A DNA stretch of 62,947 nucleotides, filler included, from an uncultured Clostridia bacterium (GTDB lineage Bacteria; CAYTYR01; UBA6262), in NCBI GenBank assembly GCA_964441745.1. It is 5 parts of 4 records of this genome, joined end to end, with 100 filler letters (N's around TTAATTAATTAA, not from the genome) between each part and the next. Parts side by side here need not be neighbours in the genome. Positions count along the whole stretch, not along the records: positions 1 to 22,511 come from CAYTYR010000003.1; 4 more parts are not named here. One strand, 5' to 3'. This document shows positions 9,560-18,241 of this stretch, one piece after another (the first letter of the stretch is position 1; each line of letters begins with the position of its first letter). The notes under the pieces were generated by a model. That model did not search any database and was not told where the DNA came from. It worked only from the letters and a program-made list of their open reading frames with translations. The position numbers were made by a program, and so were the translations under genes.

Positions 9560-11928
9560 GCAGCAAATATCCTCTCTTTTGTTTCGGTGAGAACGCGTGA
9601 TGGGTCATCGTGTAGTCGCAAAGCTTCTAAACCACCAGCCCTGACTACTTCGGGTACCTGGAAGATATGTGGGTTTTCTAAGCTTTCGGTTCCGTTATTG
9701 GCAAATTGGCTTGCGAGCGCTTTTACAGTGTTTGAGGTTTGCGCTGGCATATTTTTCAACCATTCTTCATGCTTATAAGTAAATGCATCTACTCGATCAA
9801 TTCTTGTTTTTGGAATCGAGCCATAGCCTATTTCTGCCAAGACATCATATAAATCATAGCTTCCCATGTCTTCTAATGCACGAATAAGAATTGCTGATCG
9901 TCCCCCATCTGGTAGATGTTCTATAAGCTCCCCTCTTTCTTGAGGTATTATCCAGTGTTTCCTGAATTCATTTATTGTAGGAGCTTCTTCTACTAATTTG
10001 GCTGCCAGCTTCTCCTTGTATTCTTCTACGGTTACAGGCATGGCTCTACCATCTACCATTGTCAATATATACCGGCCTGCATCGGTAATTCTCACGTCAA
10101 AGCCTTTAACATTAATAATAGGTTCCGGCGGTAGAGGTTCAGTCCCTGGCCCAGCTGTAGTTCCTGGACCGTATTTTGTTTTGAAATCTTCGCCAAATAG
10201 TCTCGTAGCGTTGGTATAATCGTAAATTCTGAACATTAGTTTATTTGAAGGTGGATCAAGCCGTGTGCCACGGCCAACCATTTGGTAAAAAGCTATCGGA
10301 GAACGAACATACTTAAAGAATACAATATTGCGCACTACAGGAACATCGACTCCTGTTGATAATAAATCAACTGTGGTAGCAATAAAATGAGACCGGGAAG
10401 CTCCTCGTAAATCAGCTAGGTATTGATTACCATCTACACTGGCAGTGCATTTGAAAGCATATGGTTCAAGTCTTTGACAATTATTCTTATTACACCAGTC
10501 GGCATAGAGATTATTCAGAGTGACAGCTACTGCATCTGCATGCCTATCCCTAACGCAAAATATGATTGTTTTTTGCTCTGGGCCGCCAGTGTCTAATAAG
10601 AACTGAAAGAGGTCACTACACATTGCAAAAACCCTATCAGGTAATAGGATTTTATCTTCGAAGTCTGCCTTTCCATAAACAGGACGGATGTCTGTTTGAT
10701 GCACTGATTCTCCTGTATTAGCATCGGTTGGCTGACGCGATATTATATCGTCTATCTTAATGCCAGTTTCATCAAGATTTACCCTACCCTTTTGAATTTC
10801 GCAAGCAGCTAAATAGCCATCTTCGATACCTTGTGCCATGTCGTATTCGTATACAGGTTCCCCAAAGTGTCGTAAATTATCAGCGTTTATCTGTTCATCT
10901 ATTTGTGTTTCTTTGGTTTTTTCGGTGACCTTTAATTGTCTTGGGGTCGCAGTGAGGCCTATTTGAACTGCCTGTGGATTCCTTTTTAACACTTCTGACC
11001 ACTTACCCCAGGCAGAACGATGGCATTCGTCAATAATAATATGTGAAAAATAGTTCTCCGGATAAAATGTAGTTAGAAAATTAGCAGTCCCGTCATCATT
11101 ATCTACATCCAATGTTTGATATGTAGCTATGTGAATTCTGGCGTTCTTGGCATTATTAGTGCCATCAGGTTTCTTATATACTTCGGCAGCGTCAGTGCCA
11201 AATACATTCTGAAAAACGCCAAGACCTTGTGATCGTAGTTCATCTCTGTCGCATATAAAAAGTGCTCGTTTCAAGAGACCCGCTTCACCTATTTTCTTGA
11301 GCAGATGTACTGCGATGAAGGTTTTTCCAGCTCCTGTAGCCAAAGATAGCAAAGCTCTCTTTAGCTGACCGGACTGCTCGCTCTTGGCTATTTTCTCAAG
11401 GACAGCCCTAATGGCAGCATCTTGATAATAGCGCCTAGTAGCCTCTCCACCTGGATATGGAATTAGTAACGGCTTTGCTACTGGATCTGTGAGCTTGAAT
11501 CCATGATGTTTTTCGTATCTGCTTTGAAGTTCGTCAGGAGTTGGGAATTCAGTTAATTGCTTTGGAGAGCTCGTTTTCCCAGTTAAGCTGTCATATTCTA
11601 CAAAGAGATGACCATTCGTAGAGAATACAAATGGTACATTCAATCTTTTACAATCAGCATATAGTTTCGCTTGTTCAAGTCCATGTGCTGGTGGTAAATG
11701 CTCTGCTTTTGCTTCTATAATGGCTACAGATAATGCCTGAGTACCGATATTTATCTTGATTCTCAGCAAATAGTCTACTTTGCCTTTAGACCGCTTTTTA
11801 GGCTTACCTTCAATAATTTCTATGGCGCCAGCTGTTTCCTCGCGCTTGATAAGCTCTTCTGTCCAACCCCGTTTGTGGATAGTTGGATCAATTAGCTTTG
11901 CCCTAGTATCTGCCTCATTAAATGTCAT
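9556..11928 (-). CDS. hsdR: Type I RM restriction subunit (EcoAI/EcoEI-like)
   Basis: NEADTR, D..IIEAK nuclease, YYQ, LATGAGKT, DECHRS, GLTATP, QMVGRGTR. Confidence 0.94.
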   Translation of the reverse strand: MTFNEADTRAKLIDPTIHKRGWTEELIKREETAGAIEIIEGKPKKRSKGKVDYLLRIKINIGTQALSVAIIEAKAEHLPPAHGLEQAKLYADCKRLNVPFVFSTNGHLFVEYDSLTGKTSSPKQLTEFPTPDELQSRYEKHHGFKLTDPVAKPLLIPYPGGEATRRYYQDAAIRAVLEKIAKSEQSGQLKRALLSLATGAGKTFIAVHLLKKIGEAGLLKRALFICDRDELRSQGLGVFQNVFGTDAAEVYKKPDGTNNAKNARIHIATYQTLDVDNDDGTANFLTTFYPENYFSHIIIDECHRSAWGKWSEVLKRNPQAVQIGLTATPRQLKVTEKTKETQIDEQINADNLRHFGEPVYEYDMAQGIEDGYLAACEIQKGRVNLDETGIKIDDIISRQPTDANTGESVHQTDIRPVYGKADFEDKILLPDRVFAMCSDLFQFLLDTGGPEQKTIIFCVRDRHADAVAVTLNNLYADWCNKNNCQRLEPYAFKCTASVDGNQYLADLRGASRSHFIATTVDLLSTGVDVPVVRNIVFFKYVRSPIAFYQMVGRGTRLDPPSNKLMFRIYDYTNATRLFGEDFKTKYGPGTTAGPGTEPLPPEPIINVKGFDVRITDAGRYILTMVDGRAMPVTVEEYKEKLAAKLVEEAPTINEFRKHWIIPQERGELIEHLPDGGRSAILIRALEDMGSYDLYDVLAEIGYGSIPKTRIDRVDAFTYKHEEWLKNMPAQTSNTVKALASQFANNGTESLENPHIFQVPEVVRAGGLEALRLHDDPSRVLTETKERIFAA

Positions 11929-11931
11929 GTC

Positions 11932-12774
11932 TTATTCCTTTAATTGTGCTGCAATTATAATATTTGCTTCTCTAATAGCCCTATTTATAAACATCTCTTC
12001 CTCGTCTTTATCAACTGCCAATTTTTCTGTGCGTATATGTTCTCTATAAAGTTGAATCCCTGGAGAGTTCTTATCCCTATAATATTTCTGCAGTATATTT
12101 TTGGAGCGTTCCTTTAAATCCACATATGAGCCAAATTGTTCCCAAAACAACACAGAGAATCCTTTCTTTCCGATATTAGAATGAATAATGTTTATAATAT
12201 CCCCTGAGTGGATACTTGCTTTGTTAAGATCGTGCTTATATTCTTCCGGGCCTCTAATATTATTATATCTATCGTCCAAGGCGAAGAGCTTAAACATAAC
12301 TAATGCTTGCGGGAGAATTATGCGTATAGTTGCTTCTGCTGCCGTCCCATTCGGAAGAGTTCCTTTAATCACTTGGCAAAAAGATTCTTTTAAAGCAATT
12401 TCAGCTCCAAGGCAATCCCGTGCATGTAATCCTTCTTGGATTCTTACTCTTTTGTCTTTATTAATCCTGTCTTGCTCACTTCCCATAAATTCAATTCTCA
12501 TTATTTCTTTGCTATTTGGTAAGGTTTTTATAAATTGAAAGTTCTTGGCTTCTGGAACGACGCCATAACCCAATCTGGCTAGAATTTCTGCAACCTTTTG
12601 AGACTTTTCTCTTAATGAATAGACATCAAGAACAAAATCAAAATCTATAGTTGGCCGTACTTTTTCAACCATAAAATGAATGGCTTGCCCCCCGGCTAGT
12701 ACAAAATCACTGGCCAAATCCCCTAATTCAATTAATAATTCAAGCAAGTATGCTTTTTGTGGCTCTTTAATCAT
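11932..12774 (-). CDS. abiEii: AbiEii-type nucleotidyltransferase toxin (type IV TA)
   Basis: VLAGGQA..RPTIDFDF polbeta-like motif, FKLFAL..R...D; overlaps the upstream antitoxin stop. Confidence 0.75.
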   Translation of the reverse strand: MIKEPQKAYLLELLIELGDLASDFVLAGGQAIHFMVEKVRPTIDFDFVLDVYSLREKSQKVAEILARLGYGVVPEAKNFQFIKTLPNSKEIMRIEFMGSEQDRINKDKRVRIQEGLHARDCLGAEIALKESFCQVIKGTLPNGTAAEATIRIILPQALVMFKLFALDDRYNNIRGPEEYKHDLNKASIHSGDIINIIHSNIGKKGFSVLFWEQFGSYVDLKERSKNILQKYYRDKNSPGIQLYREHIRTEKLAVDKDEEEMFINRAIREANIIIAAQLKE

Positions 12775-13912
12775 TTCCCGACCATCTCTTTTTAATGACA
12801 TTCTCTAAAACATATTCAGCTTGTTTTAGCTCTCTGCCTCCTTTGGAGTAGCAATCTAAATATATTTGAATATCCGAAGCAATACGCATTCCGTCCATTT
12901 CCTTGGAATACATAAATACACCTTCATCAGAGGGATAATAGAGCTCAAACCCTGGCCCTATACTCTGTCTTAAGGGATCTATTATTTCAGGTATCTCCCA
13001 ATTGTTTTTATTAATAACATAAAGCATAATTTTATCTATTTCTAAATACGGGGCAACTATATTAGCAGCTGTTGACCCCATTAAAATAGAGTTCGCAAAA
13101 TCAGGAAGCTCAGTTATTAATTGTTTAACAGCATTCGTTACATTTGTTCCATATGGATTATTACTAAAGGAGAACTTCTTACTTACTCTTTTATTCATCT
13201 CTTTATATTTGTCTGCCCATTTAAAAAGCAACAGTTTGGGATCGGCAACTATTATTTCTCTTTGATCTCGCCTAATAAGTAATTCCTCTTCTAATGACTT
13301 TGTGGTCTTAGAAATAGAGGCAAGGCTTAGTTTAAAATCCACCTTTTGAATATCTGATTCCATATTAAGTTCTTTCTCTATTTCTGAAATACTCCATTTT
13401 CTTTTAGGATCTTGCAAAAGAACACGTAAAACCCTAGACGAAGCGCCCCAGAATGGATTTCTTAAAATCTGCTTCGTTGGGAATTTATTTTGCTGTCCTA
13501 TTCGTTGAATCATGATTTTACCAGGCACACTGATAAATATGTTTCCAGATAAATCTATGAAGTTAATCCCGTTTTTGAGACAGTAATTTTGGCTATTAGT
13601 TGTTAGATAGGGAGTTATAAGCACATAGATTTCTTTAGGGCTGGATTTCTTTTGGCGTACAAACATTGGGGTAATCTGATCCAGAAGCTTTGGAGTAACC
13701 TGATTCTTTATTTCTCCGTAAAGAGTAATTGGTATACCTGAAAAATCCATCTTAAGTTCAATATCAGATTGCATTGACGGAATATTAGTACAATACAGGT
13801 TATTATTAATGCTATTATAAGATTCAGCAAATATATTAGAGAGTCTAATACCCCCTAGGCCTTCAAATAGATTTTTTTGTTTAAGCTGTTCAATTATCTC
13901 TTGTTCCTTCAT
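12767..13912 (-). CDS. abiEi: AbiEi-family antitoxin / transcriptional regulator
   Basis: NFIDLSGN, wHTH (SRVLRVLL..SLASISKTTKSLEEE), C-terminal ASDIQIYLD...GR...QAE. Confidence 0.75.
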   Translation of the reverse strand: MKEQEIIEQLKQKNLFEGLGGIRLSNIFAESYNSINNNLYCTNIPSMQSDIELKMDFSGIPITLYGEIKNQVTPKLLDQITPMFVRQKKSSPKEIYVLITPYLTTNSQNYCLKNGINFIDLSGNIFISVPGKIMIQRIGQQNKFPTKQILRNPFWGASSRVLRVLLQDPKRKWSISEIEKELNMESDIQKVDFKLSLASISKTTKSLEEELLIRRDQREIIVADPKLLLFKWADKYKEMNKRVSKKFSFSNNPYGTNVTNAVKQLITELPDFANSILMGSTAANIVAPYLEIDKIMLYVINKNNWEIPEIIDPLRQSIGPGFELYYPSDEGVFMYSKEMDGMRIASDIQIYLDCYSKGGRELKQAEYVLENVIKKRWSGND

Positions 13913-13933
13913 AGGTTACCTCAAATATACTTG

Positions 13934-14046
13934 TATTTTCCTCTACAGCATTAATATATCATGTAATAAAACATCTGTCAAGAGGAAATATTTCTTTATA
14001 ACTACTATTTTACTAAATAGTAAATAATACAATTAGAGGAAATATT
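13934..14046 (-). promoter_or_regulatory. sigma70-type promoter of the island operon with AGAGGAAA operator-like boxes
   Basis: Minus strand TTGACA(13981-13976)-17-TATATT(13958-13953). AGAGGAAATATT occurs at 13981 and 14035, with inverted TTTCCTCT at 13937. Confidence 0.6.
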
Positions 14047-14086
14047 ACATCTGGTAATTAGAGAACATAGTGGATTTTCATATATT

Positions 14087-14119
14087 TTAGACTATGGCTC
14101 TTAGCTCTTTCTTGGAAAT
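14087..14119. repeat. att-like direct repeat (functional fadD 3' end)
   Basis: Identical to 6023-6055; encodes ISKKELRAIV-stop. Confidence 0.92.
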
Positions 14120-15625
14120 TTTGCCGGTGGCGGTCTTGGGCAGGGCTGCCGAAAAACGGATCAGGCGGGGAACTTTATAATTAGCCAAATGGGCCCGGCA
14201 GTAATGGGTAAGTTCTTTGGCCGACAATACTTGATTTTCCTTCAGTACGACAAAAGCTACCGGTATTTCACCATGATGTTCATCTTTCTTACCGATCACG
14301 GCAGTTTCCAATACCTGGGGATGGGAGAGGATAACATCCTCTACCTCCCGCGAGTACACATTCATACCATGCACCAGGATCATATCTTTCTTGCGGTCAC
14401 AGATATAGAGATAGCCATCCTGGTTCACCCGTCCCATATCTCCGGTAAAAAGCCAGCCGCCCCTAAAGGTTTGGGCGGTCAGTTCCGGGGCATTATAATA
14501 TCCCTGCATGATATTGGGGCCGCGTACCGTGATCTCCCCTACTTCATTAGTTCCTAATTCTTTCCCGTTTTCATCGACTATCGCTACCTTAATACCCGGT
14601 AATGGCTTGCCGATGGAACCAGGCCGGCGGACATCAGACACAGGGCTAATACTAACCACGGGCGAAGCTTCTGATAAACCATATCCCTCAATTAAAGGTA
14701 TTTTAAATCTTCTTTCAAATCCTGCCTGGACCTCTGGCGGTAGTGGCGCCCCGCCGGAGACACATAAACGCAGCGGTAACATCCAAAAAAAGAAAAAGGA
14801 CGGTATTTTGGCTCTTAATAACAGTTTATAGACTAAAGGGATAGAGACAAAAATGGTAATGCGATCCAGCGCCAGGCTCTTAATCACCCGGTGAAAGGGC
14901 ATCACTGATTCCAAAATAACAGTTTTTGCTCCCAGGGAAAGAGGCAAAAGAACGCAAACGGTAAAACTAAAAGCATGAAACATCGGCAGGAATAAGATAA
15001 AGCAATCGTTTTCTTTAAGCTCGATCGCTTTAGCACAGCTATGGATATTGGACAACAGGTTATCATGAGTAAGCATGGCTCCTTTAGGATATCCTGTGGT
15101 CCCCGAGGTATAGAGAATCACCGCCAGGTCGTCTTTTTGTCCAGACAGCACCGGCCAATTGATAGCTTGAGGCTTGACCAGCTCTGGCCAGGAAAGCAGG
15201 CCCGGTTCTTTTTTGCCGATACAGATAAGATCAAGAGTTGCCGTATAAAGAGACCTGATCTTTTTTACAGTCGGCAAGAATTTTTCCGCGGTGATCAACA
15301 GTTTAATCTGGCAATCTTGACAAATATAGACTAATTCTTCTGCCGTCAGGAAAGTATTGAGCGGCACTACTACGGCGCCGGATTCCAGGCAGGCAAAATA
15401 AGCAATAACATATTCTGGGCAATTTTTCAGTAAAATGCCAACTCGCTCGCCTTTGGCCAAATGGGCCTGTTGCTGCAAGTTAACAGCCAGCGTATTTACC
15501 TGCCGATATAATTGCTGATAGGTAATATTCTTACCTTGGTATTTAAGAGCGACCCTATTCGGGATCCTCAGGCTTGCTGACCTGACGATCCCTGGCAAGG
15601 TAGTCATGCAGTCCATCCTTTTCAT
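14087..15625 (-). CDS. fadD: Long-chain-fatty-acid--CoA ligase
   Basis: YTSGTTGYPKG AMP-binding motif, EGYGLSE, TGDMG, RKKDMI, LPKTATGKI. Confidence 0.92.
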   Translation of the reverse strand: MKRMDCMTTLPGIVRSASLRIPNRVALKYQGKNITYQQLYRQVNTLAVNLQQQAHLAKGERVGILLKNCPEYVIAYFACLESGAVVVPLNTFLTAEELVYICQDCQIKLLITAEKFLPTVKKIRSLYTATLDLICIGKKEPGLLSWPELVKPQAINWPVLSGQKDDLAVILYTSGTTGYPKGAMLTHDNLLSNIHSCAKAIELKENDCFILFLPMFHAFSFTVCVLLPLSLGAKTVILESVMPFHRVIKSLALDRITIFVSIPLVYKLLLRAKIPSFFFFWMLPLRLCVSGGAPLPPEVQAGFERRFKIPLIEGYGLSEASPVVSISPVSDVRRPGSIGKPLPGIKVAIVDENGKELGTNEVGEITVRGPNIMQGYYNAPELTAQTFRGGWLFTGDMGRVNQDGYLYICDRKKDMILVHGMNVYSREVEDVILSHPQVLETAVIGKKDEHHGEIPVAFVVLKENQVLSAKELTHYCRAHLANYKVPRLIRFSAALPKTATGKISKKELRAIV

Positions 15626-16760
15626 CCTGGCTGAGATCCTTTTCAGGATTGAAAGCCGTAATTTTCCCCTGGTAATCTTTATATGGATTACTTTCTCCGG
15701 TTAACAAATAAAGCGCTTTGGCGATCTGACGACGAACATTAGCCCGAAATTCAGAATCAAGCATTTCTGTTAGCAGCGCTATGGCTTCGGGATCCCGGCT
15801 TTTTCCCAGGGCTTCTACGGCTATTTGCCGGATTGTCTCCCGAGGATCTTTTAATTTTTTCACGATCAGCTTCCGGGCTTGTATATCTTCAATATTGGCC
15901 AAAGCCTTGAGCGCCCAGGCGCTAATATTTTCTTCTTGTTTAACGAGCAGTAATGGCGCTAAATAGGGAATAGCCTTGGTACTTTTGGTCAGCCCCAACG
16001 CAAAGATTATTTCCGGCCAACGGCTTTGGTCTAGATTAGTTAACAGCGAAGACAAAGCCGGTATGGCTGCTTCTCCGATTAGGCCCAGAGACTTGATCGC
16101 TTCAGTATTATTAGGATTTGTTTCCTGCAGGGCAATGACCCGCAGGAACGCCACAGCCCTGGATTCCTGGTGTAAACTCAATATCTGCATGGCTGCCAAT
16201 TGCTGCTGGACATCGTCACCCTGCCGTAATTGGCTTAAATACCCATCTAGCGCCTCTGCCGGCAATGGTTCTATTTCCACCTCTATCGGCTTGCTGATTA
16301 TTTCTCCTGTCCATAATTGTTGCTCGTTATCCCGGTCATATTGTCTATTATGATATAGGCCGACGATAGTATAAGTACCGGGACCCAGCCGGCCATGCGT
16401 CTCTTCAACGGCCAAATAGTGTTCAAATACTTCACCGGGATTGACCACGGTAATCTCTTCCGCCGTGGGTTGTTTGCGGAAGACATATTGTCCCACCGGC
16501 AGGATCCGGTTATTTTTCTCATCATATATTCTTAACGCGTATAGCCACCGTGAGCCATTCGCCCAGGAAAGATTATTCAAGTTAACCGGTTGTTTACCGT
16601 TATTCTTAATCATAAACTGGAGCTGCACCTGCTCCAGCACAGCATAGCGTGTTTTAACTGGCTTGATCGTCAGTTTTAATGTTTCCGCCGCGCCAAAAAC
16701 AGCCGCGGGTAAAAGCCAGGCCAGGAAGAAAAAAATGGACAACAAAAGTTTCTTTTTCAC
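15555..16760 (-). CDS. Exported HEAT-repeat protein with N-terminal Ig-like domain
   Basis: Signal peptide; repeated A..ALG...AIP.L helical units. Confidence 0.75.
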   Translation of the reverse strand: MKKKLLLSIFFFLAWLLPAAVFGAAETLKLTIKPVKTRYAVLEQVQLQFMIKNNGKQPVNLNNLSWANGSRWLYALRIYDEKNNRILPVGQYVFRKQPTAEEITVVNPGEVFEHYLAVEETHGRLGPGTYTIVGLYHNRQYDRDNEQQLWTGEIISKPIEVEIEPLPAEALDGYLSQLRQGDDVQQQLAAMQILSLHQESRAVAFLRVIALQETNPNNTEAIKSLGLIGEAAIPALSSLLTNLDQSRWPEIIFALGLTKSTKAIPYLAPLLLVKQEENISAWALKALANIEDIQARKLIVKKLKDPRETIRQIAVEALGKSRDPEAIALLTEMLDSEFRANVRRQIAKALYLLTGESNPYKDYQGKITAFNPEKDLSQDEKDGLHDYLARDRQVSKPEDPE

Positions 16761-16792
16761 TTGCTATCCTCTCTTTAATACTTGTTTATTAA

Positions 16793-18241
16793 TTAACCCT
16801 TCGCATAAAAATATTCAGTAACATCTATATTATAAGTTTGCGGCGCTAAAGCTTCGACAATAGAATATTTAAATGTTTTAGCGCCGCTGGCAATTTCTTC
16901 CAGGTTCACAATGACCGGATCCTGGCCTGCGGCCTGCTGTTTGACCAGGATTACTTTCGGGCGCAGGATATTACTTAAATTATTCGCATAGACTACGGCT
17001 AATTCGTTATTATCAAGCCTGACCAGGCTCCCGACTGGATACACACCCATCAATTGCACAAAGGCTTTAGCCAGGACCGGATCAAAAAAACTGCCCTTCT
17101 TGCTAATAATCAAGCCGATAATACTGGCGGGGAGAGCCGGGGCATGATACACCCGCAGGCTGGTGGCGGCATCATAGACATCACAAATAGTAACCAGGCG
17201 GGCCAGCAGATTAGTTTCCTTAAGTTTTCTCACTTGGGGATAACCGCTTAGGTCATAACGCAGATGATGCTCAAAAGCTACCACCAGGCTCAGTTCGCTA
17301 ATACCCGGGGTCTGACTAAGCACTTCTGCCCCTTCGACACTATGGCTTTCCATTATTTTCCACTCGGCTGGAGTCAGTTTGCCCTGTTTATTGAGTATTT
17401 CCTTGGGGATACGTACTTTGCCGACATCATGCAGCATGGCCGCTTCTCCCAGCAAATGCAATTGCTCCAGGTCCAATCCCAGCAGTTTGCCGAGATACAG
17501 TGATAAAATTGCCACATTCACTGAATGGTTAAAAGTATACTCGTCAAAATTCTTCATCGTGGTTAAGCCTAAAAGATATTTGTCATTATTATTAATAGCG
17601 CTGGTAATATCAGTAACCACCTGGCGCACATTATTCAAAGCAAATCCCTGTCTATTTTCCACGTTATGCATTACTTGCTTGATCACATCAATACTGCCAA
17701 AAAAAGTACCTTGGGCTTTATTCCTGGCGGCGGCATCAAACTTCATCTCTTCGCGGCTGCCAGATTCTTGACTCTCTGCGTTTTCTACCTTGATCAAAGC
17801 GCCAAGCTGGATGTTGCTGATGTTTTTCTCTTTCATTTTACCGGCCACCAAGGCTGAATCACAACCATCACCAGACTCCCGGCCCAGGAGCTGGATAAAA
17901 GCGGCTAATTCCTCTCTGGTCACCGCGGCCAAAAAGGTTAAACTGTTAATCTTCCTTTTTTCAAATTCTGACATAAACTGGCGCAGGCTCAGCGTATCTT
18001 CGACCAAAGCCATCTGACCGAGGTATAATTCATTTTCCACTATACTAAATGTGGCTTCCGGCCGATATTTAAATAGTTCCGCCAGGGTTTCCTGGACCAA
18101 TTCCAGGGAATGGACAAAATAAGGATGCTCCGGCGGATAGAGCTGCGCACTCTTAATGGCGGCCGGAATTTGTTTTAACAGCCGGTGCGCGATAGAACGC
18201 AGGTTCTGGCTGGTAAAAAAAGAAATGTTTTTATCGATCAT
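16793..18241 (-). CDS. HD-GYP cyclic-dinucleotide phosphodiesterase
   Basis: HSVNV, LHDVGK, HHLRYDLSGYP, ICDVYDA. Confidence 0.92.
   Translation of the reverse strand: MIDKNISFFTSQNLRSIAHRLLKQIPAAIKSAQLYPPEHPYFVHSLELVQETLAELFKYRPEATFSIVENELYLGQMALVEDTLSLRQFMSEFEKRKINSLTFLAAVTREELAAFIQLLGRESGDGCDSALVAGKMKEKNISNIQLGALIKVENAESQESGSREEMKFDAAARNKAQGTFFGSIDVIKQVMHNVENRQGFALNNVRQVVTDITSAINNNDKYLLGLTTMKNFDEYTFNHSVNVAILSLYLGKLLGLDLEQLHLLGEAAMLHDVGKVRIPKEILNKQGKLTPAEWKIMESHSVEGAEVLSQTPGISELSLVVAFEHHLRYDLSGYPQVRKLKETNLLARLVTICDVYDAATSLRVYHAPALPASIIGLIISKKGSFFDPVLAKAFVQLMGVYPVGSLVRLDNNELAVVYANNLSNILRPKVILVKQQAAGQDPVIVNLEEIASGAKTFKYSIVEALAPQTYNIDVTEYFYAKG

Larger units (their letters stand above)
6023..14119. 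mobile_element. Integrase-less defence island inserted at the 3' end of fadD
   Basis: 33-bp direct repeat at 6023-6055 and 14087-14119; visibly AT-richer than the flanks; carries AbiE TA and type I RM. Confidence 0.8.
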
